Origin: Raja brachyura
Lineage: Eukaryota
NCBI GenBank assembly: GCA_963514005.1
Contig: OY740785.1
Span: forward strand, 108,066,001 to 108,130,000
Direction: 5' to 3'
DNA length: 64,000 bases
Shown: piece by piece, positions 13,500 to 25,914 of the stretch
Layout of the letters: every line of letters begins with the position of its first letter
How positions within the stretch are numbered: position 1 is the stretch's first letter
Translations under genes and position numbers: made by a program
Notes under the pieces: generated by a model
Database searches by the model: none
The model's input: only the letters and a program-made list of their open reading frames with translations
Told to the model about the DNA's origin: nothing

Positions 13500-14360
13500 A
13501 CACGATACAATACAATACAATAGAACGTTATTGATCCCAGGAGGGAAATTGATCTGGCAACAGCCATAAAAACACAAACTACATGAAACATGAAATTAAA
13601 GTGATGAGTGGAAAGGATTGGGACTGTGCAAGTATTTGGAGGGGGAGGGGATAGTCTACCCCATGACAGAAGGGGGAGGGGTTGTAAAGTTTGATAGCCA
13701 CAGGGAAGATGATATCCTGTGGCGTTCTGTACTGCATCTTGGTGGAACCAGCCCGTTGTTGAAGGTATTCCTCAGGTTGACCACTGTGTCATGGAGGGGG
13801 TGAGCTGTATTGTCTAGGATGCTCCGCAGTTTGAGGAGCATCCTCCCCACCAAGACCACCTCCCACGAGTCCAACTCCGCCCCCAGGACGGAGCTGGCCT
13901 TCCTGACGAGTTTGTTGATCCTATATCCGTCCGCCACCGATTGGTAGAACATCTGCAGCATCTTGCTGCAGACGTTGAAGGAGTGGAGCCTTCTCAAAAG
14001 GTACAGCCGGCTCTGTCCCTTCTTGTTCAGGGCCTCAGCATTCCTGGACCAGTCCAGTTTACTGTCTAGGCACACTACAAGATATCTGTACTCCCTGGTA
14101 AACTGCACACCCACAACATTGATGGAGACAGGAGACAAGGGTGTTCCTCTCCTCCTAAAGTCTGTCACTAACTCCTTGTCGGTGTTGAGCTGCAGATAAT
14201 TCAGCCCACACCACTCAAAAAAGTCATTGGCTACACCTTCTGTATTCAGTTTCCCTCCCCTCACTGATACAGCCCACAATTGCACAGTCATCTGAAAACT
14301 TCTGCAGGTGGCAGGAGCCCGAGTTATATTTGAAGTCCGAGGTGTAGATGGTGAACAGGA
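13500..14360 (-). mobile_element. Rex1/Babar LINE, 5'-truncated
   Basis: CHLQKFSDD, KELVTDFRR, LDSKLDWS, KKGQSRLYLLRRL.SFNVC; (TATTG)n tail at ~13503-13522. Confidence 0.88.
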
Positions 14361-16168
14361 TGTTTTCCAGCTTTCTGCCCTCCCATTCCATCAGTCTGAA
14401 GGATCCCAATTCGAAATGTTGAGTGTCCATTTCCATGCACATACTGTATACTGCCTCACCCACTCTGTTCCTCCACTTCCTTTTCATAGAACTAGAAAAT
14501 GTAACTATGTTTATTTCTAGCCAGATGCTATTTAACCTCAGATTTTTTCAGATATTTTGTTTTTATTTAAGTTATTTAACTTTGATATCAATAATAATTA
14601 TTTCCCACATACACTTGGAATAAAAGAGAAGCATTATGACCCAACAATGCACACTGCCAGTTAACCAGTAACTGTAATTAAAAAACAATTTTGATGTGGA
14701 TTTGTTTTGTACTGTGACTCAACAATGTACTGTACTGCATGACCAGCCTATAAAATGCACCCCTTGTAATGGGTGATCTAGCATTCAATAATAATTTTTA
14801 TTTTCACTCAAATTCTGTGTCTGGCTGCATTAAGTTCTTCTGATAAATGCTGGATTAGTAATTTCAGGCACCTTTGAAACCGATTTGGTCGGAATGCAAT
14901 GTTAGTGAGACTGATTACACTCATATTCACTTACAGCATCAAATTGCTCTAGGAATGGAAAATACAATGAAATGCGTATTATGTCCACTAAATGTTGGAA
15001 GTATAACTGTTTGGATAAATGAAGGCAAACAATGAGAAATGTCAAGGGGTAGCAGGCTTTTTTTTTTACAAATAGAGGATGCCGGGATGCAACTTTAAAG
15101 CCACATGAATCAACAGCAGCCTGATTTTAAGACAGAACAATTTCCACAGTCTGACAGAAAAGAGACATTTATACTCACAGGACATGCATGGACAATTAGT
15201 AGCAGATACGTAAGCTTGCACTTCAGTCTTTCTGTGGTGTGATAAACAAGGCGATTCCCTGGACAGCAGTTAAGACAGCCCTGCTCAGACATCTTTTATG
15301 AGGTAGTTGGTTACCATGTCACTGTAGCTGGCTGTAAATTATGCTAACTATACCACAGCTTTACCCTTTTTTCTGTTTCCAAAATAAGAATCTTCCTTAG
15401 CTTCAAATATGTCAGTCTCAACAGTAGCAGTACAATATTTAATGCTACATATAATACAGCAGATTTAAAAGGTGTATTTTGTAATTGGGTGCCAGTTCCC
15501 TCATGCACTCATAAATTTAAAAAGAAACGATGTATAAAATGACAAGGATGTTTTATATATGCATTCATTTTGTTTATGGTCATGGACGCTGAAATCATTT
15601 ATTTAGATGAGTGATTTCACCCCAAATTAATTCCACTTCTGTGCGGAAAATGCACCTTAACTATACCCACTACCAGCACAGTTTTCTGTGCAGAACAGAG
15701 GCCATTAATTAAAGTGATTCCCAATTAAATGTTGCCATTTGATGCTGAGATGTGGGTTACTAAATTGACCAGTTTGCAGTGAATTTTCAGCAGCAGCGAC
15801 CATAAGTAATCCGGCCTTAGCTAAGGTGTCACGCATCATACGCTGCCATTTTACACTAGCAAAATAGATTTTTTGCCAGTGTTCTATTTTTATTGTGGCT
15901 TACTTTACCAATACCACGAGTTAAAACTATGCTTCGTATGGTTGGTCGAAAAAAGAGGGACGCAAAAGTTCACCTCTTGTTGATAATTTTGGCGCTGATG
16001 CTGTTTATTATGCAAGGAGCTGGAGCTATAAACGGTGAGCAACCTTCAAGGGTCAGTTAACACAAATGGTCACATTCATTAACAAGCATTGTAGTCCAGT
16101 AATAATGAGCACCACCATTTAACATTAATGAATAGCTATTCTGACTAAATTAAATGACAGTAGACTAA

Positions 16169-16754
16169 AGGGCCTGTCCCACCAGCATGCAACTCTATGC
16201 GATGAACGCGATCAAACCGGCAGCGGGGGCCGCGCGTAGGTCGGGTGATCCCCTGTACAGGGCAGTTCCCACCAGCATGCGCCTGCATGCGGCAAGCGCA
16301 ACTAAACCGGCAGCGAGGGCTGCGCAGAGGTTGGGTGAGTGGCGCAACGCGGCGCAAAGCGAGGCGAACTTGAAGCAAGTCCAAGGTAAGTTCGCCAGGA
16401 CTTAGAGGGGTACACAGAGAGGGGCACCGAGACACACACACATACAGGGCCATGGAGCCACACACATAGAGGGTCACGGAGGCACTTACAAATAAGTTCA
16501 CGGAGGCACGATGTCCGGGCAGTGTGTAAATGTCGAGGCGACTGCGAGCCGACAAGCCGTTGCCGCGCGGGATTTTTAGACAGTCGGTTTTTCGGAGCCC
16601 CGCGCGGTGTCGGGACGATCTCGGGATGAACTCCGCACAATTCCGTGCGGCACCGGCGACCGATGTGGGACCGGCCCCGCGACGCCGGACGGCTCAATCG
16701 ACCACGTTAGGTCGCGCTAATCGCGTAGAGTTGCATGCTGGTGGGACAGGCCCT
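16169..16754. mobile_element. PIF/Harbinger-type MITE (586 bp, CpG-rich), TAA TSD
   Basis: TIR AGGGCCTGTCCCACCAGCATGCAACTCTA at both ends; TAA 16166-16168 and 16755-16757; internal second TIR-like copy near 16260. Confidence 0.9.
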
Positions 16755-16794
16755 TAAATCAAGTCTACCCACCGTTCCAACAGCATGTGCAAGA

Positions 16795-17300
16795 CTAGAG
16801 TCATGGAGTAATACAGGTTGGAAACAGGCCCTTCGGCCCAACTTGCCCACACCAGCCAACATGTACCTATCCAAAAGTCACAATCGTATCGGTTCTATAA
16901 CCACGAGGCCCAAGCTTAGATCGTCATAGAATCATGGAGTTCTTTAGTGTGGAAGCAGGCCCTTCGGCCCATCATGCCCACACCAGCCAACATGTCCAAG
17001 CTACACTAGTCCCACCTGCCCGCGTTTGGTCCATATCTATCGAAACCTGTCCTATCCATGTACCTGTCCAACTGTTTCTTAAATTTTGGGATAGTCCCTG
17101 CCTCATCTACCTTCTCTAGCTGGCAGCTTGTTCCATACACCCACCACCCTGTGTGTGAAAAAGTTACCCCTCAGATTTCTACTAAATCTTTTCCCCTTCA
17201 CCTTAAACCTAGGTCCTCTGGTCCTCGATTCACCAACTATGGGCAAGAGTCTCTGCATCTACCCGATCTATTCCTCTCATGATTTTATACACCGATCTAT
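16795..17300 (-). mobile_element. CR1 3' remnants
   Basis: ggaaacaggcccttcggccc..ctagtcccacctgcc CR1 3' UTR in antisense, twice. Confidence 0.75.
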
Positions 17301-17959
17301 TCAAACCGTGACGTTATACACACTAAAGGCTTTTTGATTGGGCATCTCAGCATAAATAACAATCTGCTGGAAAACGGCATTGCTCGGAGGAATAGGACTA
17401 TTCAGCTCTCAGTTTAGTTTGTGTCGGAGCCCAGGTGGAGAACACAGCAAACATTCTGATAATCCAGCATCCTTGGGACAGGCAATTTTCTGGACCATTG
17501 GTTTTTACTCCAATGAGCATCCTAAAACACTTTTAACTCAACTGTTGTTTGAGTTGTTGCCTAGTAATGTAATACATTTTCCACTGAACCCAGTGAGTTT
17601 AAAGGAGCGTGGGAAACAAGGGATCCACTTATCCTAAAGGAAACGTGGGCTTGTCGAAATTAAAAGTTACGTGTGAAATGGGGCCTCAGTGAGCTCGTCG
17701 CAAGCAGGCAAAACAGGTCTCCGATGAACTCAAAGGTAGTTTGTACACGGGGAGAGCTGGAAATGGGGACCCCTGTGTTTTTGTACACTAATATTACAAA
17801 CAAAATGATGGGATTATGATATTTGTGTGTGTATTGCATTTATGAGTCAGATAAGATTTATGCTGCATGTAAGAACTTCATCATTCCGTTGTCAGTAGGC
17901 ATGGCAATTAAGCAGTCTTGACTCCCGAGTGGCAAACAGGGCACTCATAAGAACATATA

Positions 17960-19030
17960 CAGAACATAGAACAGTACAGCACAGTAAACGACCCTTCAGT
18001 TCACAATATCCATACCGGATGACACAAAGTTGGGTGGCAGTGTGAGCTGCGAGGAGGATGCTATGATGCTGCAGGGTGACATGCCCTGGGTGTGCTTGCA
18101 CATCAGTCACTGAAAGTAAGCATGCAGGTACAGCAGGCAGCAAAGAAAGCTAATGGCATGTTGGCCTTCAGTGCAAGAGGATTTGAGTATAGGAGCAAGG
18201 AGGTCCTACTGCATTTGTAGTGGGCCCTGGTGAGACCGCACCTGGAGTATTGTGTGCAATTGTGGTCTCCTTATTTGAGGAAGGACATTCTTGCTATTGT
18301 GGGAGTGCAGCATAGGGTCATGAGGTTAATTCCCGGGACTGAATAAGGGGAAGGCCATTTAGGACTGAGATGAGGAAAAGCCCCTTAATCCAGAGAGTTG
18401 TGAATCTGTGGAATTCTCTGCCACAGAAGGCAGTGGAGGCCAATTTACTGGGTTTGAAAGAGAAAGTTAGATTTAGCTCTTAGGGCTAAAGGAATCAAGG
18501 GATATGGGGAGAAAGCAGGAACAGGGTACTGATTGGGGATGTTCAGCCATGATCATATTGATTGGCAGTGCTGGCTCGAAGGGCTGAATAGCCTACTCCT
18601 GCACCTATTTTGGCTATGTTTCTATGAACATGATGCCGTTAAACTAATCTCCTCTGATCTATAACCCTCCATTCCTTGCATATCCATGTGCCTATCTAAA
18701 AGTCTCTTAAATGTTTCTAACATAACTGACTCCAGCACCACCATGGCAACGTGTTCCAGGCACCCATCGCTCCTAGTAAAAAAACTTGCCCCACGCATCT
18801 CCTTTAAAGTTTGCTCCTCTTATCATAAAGCTGTGCCCTCTAGTTTTGACTATCTACTCAACGTACGCTCTCATAATTGTTCATAATCCTATGTTCTCCC
18901 CACAACATCCAATTCCAGAGAAGATCCAAGTTTGTCCAGTCTTTTAGCTAATACTCTTTAATGCAGGCAGCATTCTGGTGAACCTCTTCAGCACATTCTC
19001 TAAAGCTTCTAAATTCTTCCTGTAATGGGT
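17960..19030. mobile_element. Antisense CR1 remnant with nested sense CR1 (about 18018-18627)
   Basis: DDTKLGG..CR1 3' tail on plus splits a minus-strand CR1 3' end. Confidence 0.75.
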
Positions 19031-19189
19031 TGATCATTAAGATGAACAAAAATGGGAAATACGGCCCTGGGGAGGTTAGACGGAGAGTTGCAAATGGAGC
19101 GCTAGTGAGTTTGATGAGAGCATGGGTAATGGGATTCTAGTAAATTTAAGCAGGTGCAATTAGGCTGATGGTAGGTTAAAAGGAAGGTC

Positions 19190-19605
19190 ATAAGTGATAG
19201 GAGCAGAATTAGGCCATTTGGCTCAAGTCTACGCCGCCATTCAATCATGGCTGCTCTATCTCTCCCTCCGAACCCCAACCTCCTGCCTTCTCCCCATAAC
19301 CGCTGAGACCCGTACTAATCAAGAATCTATCTATCTCTGCCTTAAACATACCTAGTGACCTGGCCTCCACACCCTTCTGTGGCAAAGAATTCCACATATT
19401 CACCACCCTCTAACTAAAAAAATTCCTCCTCATCTCCTTCTTAAAGGAACGTCCTTTAATTCTGAGGCTATGACCTCTGGTCCAAGACTCTCCCACTAGT
19501 GCAAACATCCTCTCCATATCCACTCTATCCAAGCCTTCCACTGCGTTTCAATGAGGATCCCCCCTCATTTTTCTGAATTCCAGCGAGTACACGCCTAGTG
19601 CCGTC
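19190..19605 (-). mobile_element. CR1 3' fragment
   Basis: Same family as 7010-7345 and 46450-47070. Confidence 0.8.
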
Positions 19606-20719
19606 AACAACTTGGGAAATGAGAGCCAGAAGCTGAGACACTGGGATACTTGAATCATCAGGCAGTAGATTATCAGAGTTTTTTGGTATCCCTTAACCGT
19701 TTTTCGGGATTACCTACTTTCTTGCTGTTTCAGCCTCTTGTATTACCTTATTTCAGAACTTAGCTTTACTTTGGTAAGATGCATAACAAATCTATTTTCT
19801 GAGGCTGAAAAGTTCACAAAAAGCACAAGTTACACATCAAACTGGTGTATCGTATTGTAGAAAACGGATATTCACTCACAGTTTTCAACATGATATATTT
19901 TGGATAGTTTATTGAATAAATTGTATTGTGACAGGCGATGTCTTTTGAAAATAGTTGAGTCTATTGTTATATTGAATGGGATTTACATTTTGTTTCTTTT
20001 ACCGCACAACATATGCCAATACTTCATGTTGTGCGATGTAGTGAAATCACAGGCATGTCATTTTTATCTTTTGTATTCTACTGACTATTCCTCTTTTAAA
20101 TTTATACTTTCTGCCTGAGCATTCAATGAAATATATCCTCTCTCTTGTGATCACGAAACACAGTTAAATCTGAACTGGGCATTAATAAACCATTAATGCC
20201 ATGTGTCTGCATGCAAGTGTTAATATGTTATCAATTCTACTACATCATCAGACGGCTCCATTTCTTGTTCCAACTTACTGTTGGTTGTTCGTTCCCTTCC
20301 CCCTCCTCTGACTTTAAATCCATTTATGGCCACCAAATGCTATTATTAGTTTTCCATCGAATTGTAAACCACCTTATCTGCATTTTCCTTACACTGTCTT
20401 TCCTTTTTGAATTGTATTTTTGTCTCCACAGATGTCAGAATTTCCCTCCTAAACCTCCTTTAGCATGTAACCCCCTCAGACTGAAATAACTGGTCACTAG
20501 AGAAGCCCATTGTCCACTGAGGAGCATGTAATTCGTTCAATAACTCTATTTCCTCTTTCCTTCTTTGCCCCACATATTTTACCCTCATCGCTGTTTATCC
20601 TTCCTCTCCTTCCCATTTGTCCACCTATTTGCTTTTAGTCTTCCCTCAACCATTTCCTTTACTACATTTGCTTCATTATTCTACCCTCAAACTTAGCCTG
20701 GTGTTTGTGCGACATAATG

Positions 20720-21090
20720 AGGGAGAGGAAGAGAGGAAATGTTACAAAGGGATGGGGGAGAGCGATTAAAAGTTGTGGGGCACAGGGACAGGGGAAAGGG
20801 GGTGGGAGAGGGATGGAAGGGGGCAGGAGGGGAAAGGGGAGTGGGAGAGGGAGGGAAGGGGAGGGAAGAAAAGGGGTGGGAGAGAGAGGGAAGGGGGAAG
20901 GAGGGGGAAATGGGGTGGGAGAGAAAGAAATGTGAGGGAGAGGGAGTGAAAAGGCAGGAAAGGGGGGGAAGTGGGTGGGAGAGGGAGACAAGACAGCGAG
21001 AGAAGGAGTGAAGAGGGTGAGAGAGGGAGGGAAATGGATGGGAGAGGAAGGGACGGAAAATGTGGAAAGGGGTGGGAAATATGGGGCAAG
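20720..21090. repeat. Polypurine (GA-rich) low-complexity tract
   Basis: Almost exclusively G/A on plus strand. Confidence 0.9.
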
Positions 21091-21259
21091 GAGTGATATT
21101 TCATTCTTAGAGCGATGCATTTTCTCAACCTTTTCCATTTTAAATTCTAAAAGTTAACATTTAGGATAAACTACATTTGTCAGGGAATAACCGTGTTTTT
21201 ATCAGTGGAAGTGCTGTATTGCCACCATTGACGAAAGGATGTAACTACATTTCTAAGGG

Positions 21260-21388
21260 TTAAAGAAGGAACTGCAGATGCTGGAGAATCGAGGGTTACA
21301 CAAAAAGCTGGAGAAACTCAGCGGGTGCAGCAGCATCTAAGGAGCGAAGGAGATAGGCGACGTTTCGGTCCGAGACCCTTCTTCAGAC
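21260..21388 (-). mobile_element. 129-bp young Penelope-derived mini element (hammerhead core + tail) with 12-bp TSD
   Basis: CATTTCTAAGGG at 21248-21259 and 21389-21400; minus strand starts GT-CTGAAGAAGGGTCTCGGACCGAAACGTC. Confidence 0.88.
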
Positions 21389-21950
21389 CATTTCTAAGGG
21401 CCTGTTTCAATTATAATTGTACAGGCAGGGTATTTTCACTGCACTTACACATATGAAAAATCAAGATCACTTATGTCCTGGACTGGTTTAACTTTTCTAA
21501 ATGCGTCACATTACATTTGTTTGAATTAAGTTCCACCTGGCTTTGCTTTGAAAACTTTTCCAGTTGGTCAAGATCCTATTTCAACGTAGTCAACCTTCAC
21601 GGTCCACGATGCCTCAGATTTTGGCGTCATCTGCAAACCTACCTGAAAACCTAGTGGTGTGTTCCACTGTTATTGCAATTTATACCTGTCCAGCTCTACG
21701 TGTAATACCATGATTTTGCTCTGTTGATTCGACCAGCAACATTTATATTTGATGAAATGTTACCAATTACTGGTTATTGGTTGGAATACCACCTCCATTC
21801 TCATCCAAATAATCAATATAGGCGTGATACAGCCCACCACTGATCTCCGCAGCAGAATACTGGTCACATCTTCTTTTATGAAAACTAACTCTCTGGTACA
21901 CTCTCTGCCTCCAAATAGTGCCAACCACCAAGCCAAATTTGTATCGAATT

Positions 21951-22413
21951 GATAGACACAAAGTGCTGGAGTAACTCAGCGGGACAGGCAGCATCTCTGG
22001 ATAGAAGGTATGCATGACGTTTCAAGTTGAGATCCTTCTTCAGACTCCCTCTCCCGCCCATTTCTCTCCCCCCTCCCACCCCCTTTCCCTGCTCTTTCCC
22101 CTTTCACTCCCTCTCCCACCCTCTTTCCCACTCCTGCCCCGTTCCCTCTCTCTCCCACCCCTTTCCCTCCCGCTTCCAAACCCTCCCCTCATGCTCCCAC
22201 CCCCTTTCCTCCCTCTCCCACCACTTTCCCTCCCTCTCCCACCCGCCTCCCTCTCGTACCCCCTTTTCTCCTGCCCCTTTCAGACTGAAGAAGGGTCTCG
22301 ATCCTAAATTTCACCCATTCCTTCTATCCCGAGATGCTGCCTGTTCCGCTGAGTTACTCCAGCATCTTGTGTCTATCTTCAGTGTAAACGAGCACATGCA
22401 GTTCCTTCCTATC
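21951..22413. mobile_element. Fold-back Penelope-derived element with CT-rich spacer
   Basis: Inverted family arms 21951-22045 and 22281-22378 around a polypyrimidine tract, followed by tail. Confidence 0.75.
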
Positions 22414-22429
22414 TAATTGAATAGCATAT

Positions 22430-22735
22430 ATACAAATCAAGGACCACCTCCAGCAGGCAGGGCTAGTCTCAAAAGAACTGGAAACCTGTGCCAGTGACAT
22501 GGCTGGTTGGCATACAACCACTAGGAAGGCGGTCAGTAGATTAGAAGATAATTACCAAAGCTGACTCATTAGTGTCAGAGACAGGAGGAAGACTTCCCAC
22601 AGAGGCCTTCATGTGCCCCAACTGCCCCCGCGTGTGAGGCTCGCGAATCGGATTCGTGAGCCACACTCGACTCCACAAGACATGAGACATGCACAACCAT
22701 GCTACCGTCGTCTACGATGGGCCACCCGCTGGATG
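22430..22735 (+). mobile_element. RTE-clade LINE 3' remnant
   Basis: Translates FMCPNCPRV*GSRIGFVSHTRLHKT*, the C2H2 CxxCxRxCxSRIGLxSHxRxH terminus typical of RTE/BovB-like ORFs. Confidence 0.65.
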
Positions 22736-22934
22736 CCATGTGTTCTAACATTCCAGGCCAAGTTATTGAGCAGGACCTTATCAAAGGCCTTGCTAAAGTT
22801 CATGCAGACATTGTCTATCACTCTTCCCTCGTAAAGCCTCTTGGTCACTTCTTCAAACTTGTGAGACATTTCCCATGTGAAAAGCCATGCTGACTATCTA
22901 ATCAGTCCCTGTCTTTCCAAGTGCAAATAAATCC

Positions 22935-23590
22935 CGTACAGCTGGCAGTGAATAAAGCTACTGGCATGTTAGCCTGCATAGCGAGAGCATTTGAGTTTAG
23001 GAGCAAGGAGGTCCGACTGCAGTTGTACAGGGCCCTGGTGAGACTGCACCTGAAATATTGTCTGCAGTTTTGGTCTCTTAATTTGTGGAAGGACATTCTT
23101 GCTATTGGTGCAGCGTAGGTTTACAAGGTTAATTCCTGGGATGGCAGGACTGACATACAATGAAAGAATGGGTCCAGTGGGTTTATATTCACTGGAATTT
23201 AGAAGGATGAGAGGGGATCTTAAAGAAACATATGAAATTCTTAAGGGATTGGACAGGCTCGACGCAGGAAAACTATTCCCGATGTTGGGGGAGTCCATAA
23301 CCATGGGTCACAGTTTAAGAATAAGGGGTAGGCCATTTAGGACTGAGATGAGGAAAAACATTTTTACCCAGAGAGTTGTGTATCTGTGGAATTCTCTGCC
23401 ACAGAAGGGAGTGGTCACTGGATGTATTCAAGGGAGAGTTGGATATAGCTCTTCGGGCTAACGGGATCAAGAGATATGGGGAGAAAGCAGGAACGGGGTA
23501 CTGATTCTGGATGATCAGCCATGATCATATTGAAAGGCGGTGCTGGCTCGAAGGGCCGAATGGCCTACTCCTGCACCTATTTTCTATGTT
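22935..23590 (+). mobile_element. CR1 3' fragment
   Basis: KATGMLACIAR, QRRFTRLIPGM, YSLEFRRMRGDL, CR1 tail. Confidence 0.9.
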
Positions 23591-23975
23591 TAAATCAGTA
23601 TTAACATAATATGCCTATTTAACAATACAATCCGTGTGCACATTTCCAGGGGGAGGAATGTTAATTTCCCCCCCCAATCATTGCGCAATTCAGATCTGAG
23701 GCGAAGTTTACACTTGACAAATTAACAATTTCTATTTTACCATTTAACAAAATATACATCTGTTTTGCAGTTAAGATGAATCCATTAAACATATTTGCAA
23801 TTCATAACAATTGAATTCGTGTGCAAAACTACCGTCAAATGAAATAACACTACAGCAATGAAATGCAACAATCCTTAAATAAATTAAAAGCAGCATCTTA
23901 AAAAATGTGTTGAAGAAATATCAACTAATTTGAATATTCCGTTTCAAATACCAGGCATTGCTCAAATGTTCTTAC

Positions 23976-24200
23976 CTGACAGATTCGAATGGATTGATCT
24001 AGTACGGACTTTGTATCTGTGGCATAATCAGGAGATGGCAAGCTAGCTCGGCAAAAGTGTGCTTGGAGCAACAAGTGGGCTTTGGTGTGTGCGCTGTCAA
24101 AAGAATGTGGGCTCACTTCAAGAGGCAGCCGCTTTGCAAGCTCGCTATTTAGCTGGTCTTCGTTGTGTCGGACTGGAAGGTCTGCATATTCTGTAGCTTC
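23976..24200 (-). CDS. ASCC3: ASCC3 internal coding exon (EATEYADLPVRHNEDQLNSELAKRLPLEVSPHSFDSAHTKAHLLLQAHFCRASLPSPDYATDTKSVLDQSIRICQ)
   Basis: Sec63-domain motifs LPVRHNED, HTKAHLLLQAH, DY.TDTK.VLDQ; acceptor ctctcttctgaag|GAA, donor CAG|GTAAG; 225 nt, phase 0/0. Confidence 0.96.
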
Positions 24201-24281
24201 CTTCAGAAGAGAGTGAATAAGACAATTTTGAGTTTAAATTTGGAAGAAACCAAACTAGACATATATTAACAGCAGACAAAA

Positions 24282-24510
24282 TGTGCAGGAAGGAACTGCA
24301 GATGGTGGCTTAAGCCAAAGATAGACATAAAAAGCTGGAGTAACTCAGCGCGCCAGGCAGCGTCTCTGGAAAGAAGGAATGGGTGACGTTTCGGGTCGAG
24401 ACCCTTCTTGAGACTGAAATCTGAGTCTGAAGAAGGTCTCGACCCGAAACGTCACCCATTCCTTCTTTCCAGAGATGCTGCCTGTCCCGCTGTTACTCCA
24501 GCTTTTTGTA
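24282..24510. mobile_element. Fold-back Penelope-derived element with two opposed hammerhead cores
   Basis: Inverted arms ~24328-24412 / 24427-24508; imperfect TSD ATTAACAGCA(G/T)ACA at 24265 and 24514. Confidence 0.8.
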
Positions 24511-25227
24511 TAAATTAACAGCATACATCACAAACTCACAATAAAGCACAATGGATCAGATAATACAATGACCTAGGATGTTTGATGAAAATCTGTTAAG
24601 ATTTAAACTTAATTTATTCCACATTTACCAATATGAAAAGTCTTAAATGCAACAATACCAATTATGTTTTAATCATTTTCACTGGGTGGGTATATATTAA
24701 CAAGGACCACAGTTTTATAATAGTACAGACTGAACATATTTTTATTCGTTCATACATTTTGTTTCCACTGGCTATTTGTAAACAGATTTAAATGCTCATT
24801 TTGTTTGATTAAACAGTATACTCCTAATAACTTAATGATTTAACTTTAATAACACGATAATAATTTATCATCCACCAAATACCCCAGCATTTTGTGTCTA
24901 CGTCACCTTTGTCACCCATTCCTTCTATCTAGAGATGCTGCCTGTCCCGTTGAGTTACTCCAGCATTTTGTGTCGGATGCTTCGGTTTAAACCAGCATCT
25001 TCAGTTCCATCCTACGCATAATAATTTCTCTAACTGATAGATGACCAATGCTTAAGAAAGAACTGCAGATGCTGGAAAAATCAAAAGATGACCAATACTA
25101 AGATTTTTTGTGCATTTTTTCCTATTATACTGTTTTTTAGATTGTTACATATCGCTTTGAAAAATGAGCAATATATTAAACAAATATTGTGTATATATCC
25201 AGAAAGGATAAATACACAATTTAAGTA

Positions 25228-25620
25228 GGCCCCTCACGGTCATGACTGACCATGGGTGATGCATCTTGGTCGGATGCAAGCCTGGGAGATGTAATATGGA
25301 GGACAAGCTGTTGCCCATGCAGCATGTTCCCCTCTCAACGTCGCTGATCGATCCAAAGGAACAGCAGGGCCGTTACAGTTTGGCACCAGCGCTGTCGCAG
25401 GAGCTGCCAGAGCGAGGTTGTAGATAACGACGAACTGCCTTAGGGGCTCCGACTCTTGAGGTTTACTCCTGGAGCCTTTTCCATGACTGGATGTGGCCAC
25501 AAGGCAGTGGAGGTTTCAAATCAGAGTTTTCCCTCTCCTAGATGGACTGCCTTCCCAGGCTGACGAGCTCCATCTGCCTGAGACTCGTGGGGGCGGGAGT
25601 GTCTACCTTCCCGTGCAGGT
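25228..25620. mobile_element. Unclassified GC-rich interspersed repeat fragment
   Basis: Abrupt GC-rich block in AT-rich intron; no host-like ORF; family not firmly recognised. Confidence 0.35.
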
Positions 25621-25914
25621 CTATAGCACCTGCCCACTGCCCAAACATTACACAATAATTATTAGATTGTTGCATATTGCTCTCATAATGATTGTGTCTG
25701 GAATTTATGACATTTGACATTATGACATTTATTTGTAACAAACTTCTATACCATTGATTGAAACTTTAAATTTCACCTGTGGCCTGTTCCAATAAATTCT
25801 TCGATTAAGTAATCATGCTCTCATGACTTTTTTGTGTTTTCCTTCGCAGTCAGAAAATTTTGGGTGCAAGACTCACTTCAGAGAACAGACTACAATTGCC
25901 TGAGCAGAAACGTA

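Noticed and set aside
20662-22416. Pro/Ser- and Gly/Glu-rich ORFs
   Set aside because: Translation artefacts of GA/CT low-complexity tracts
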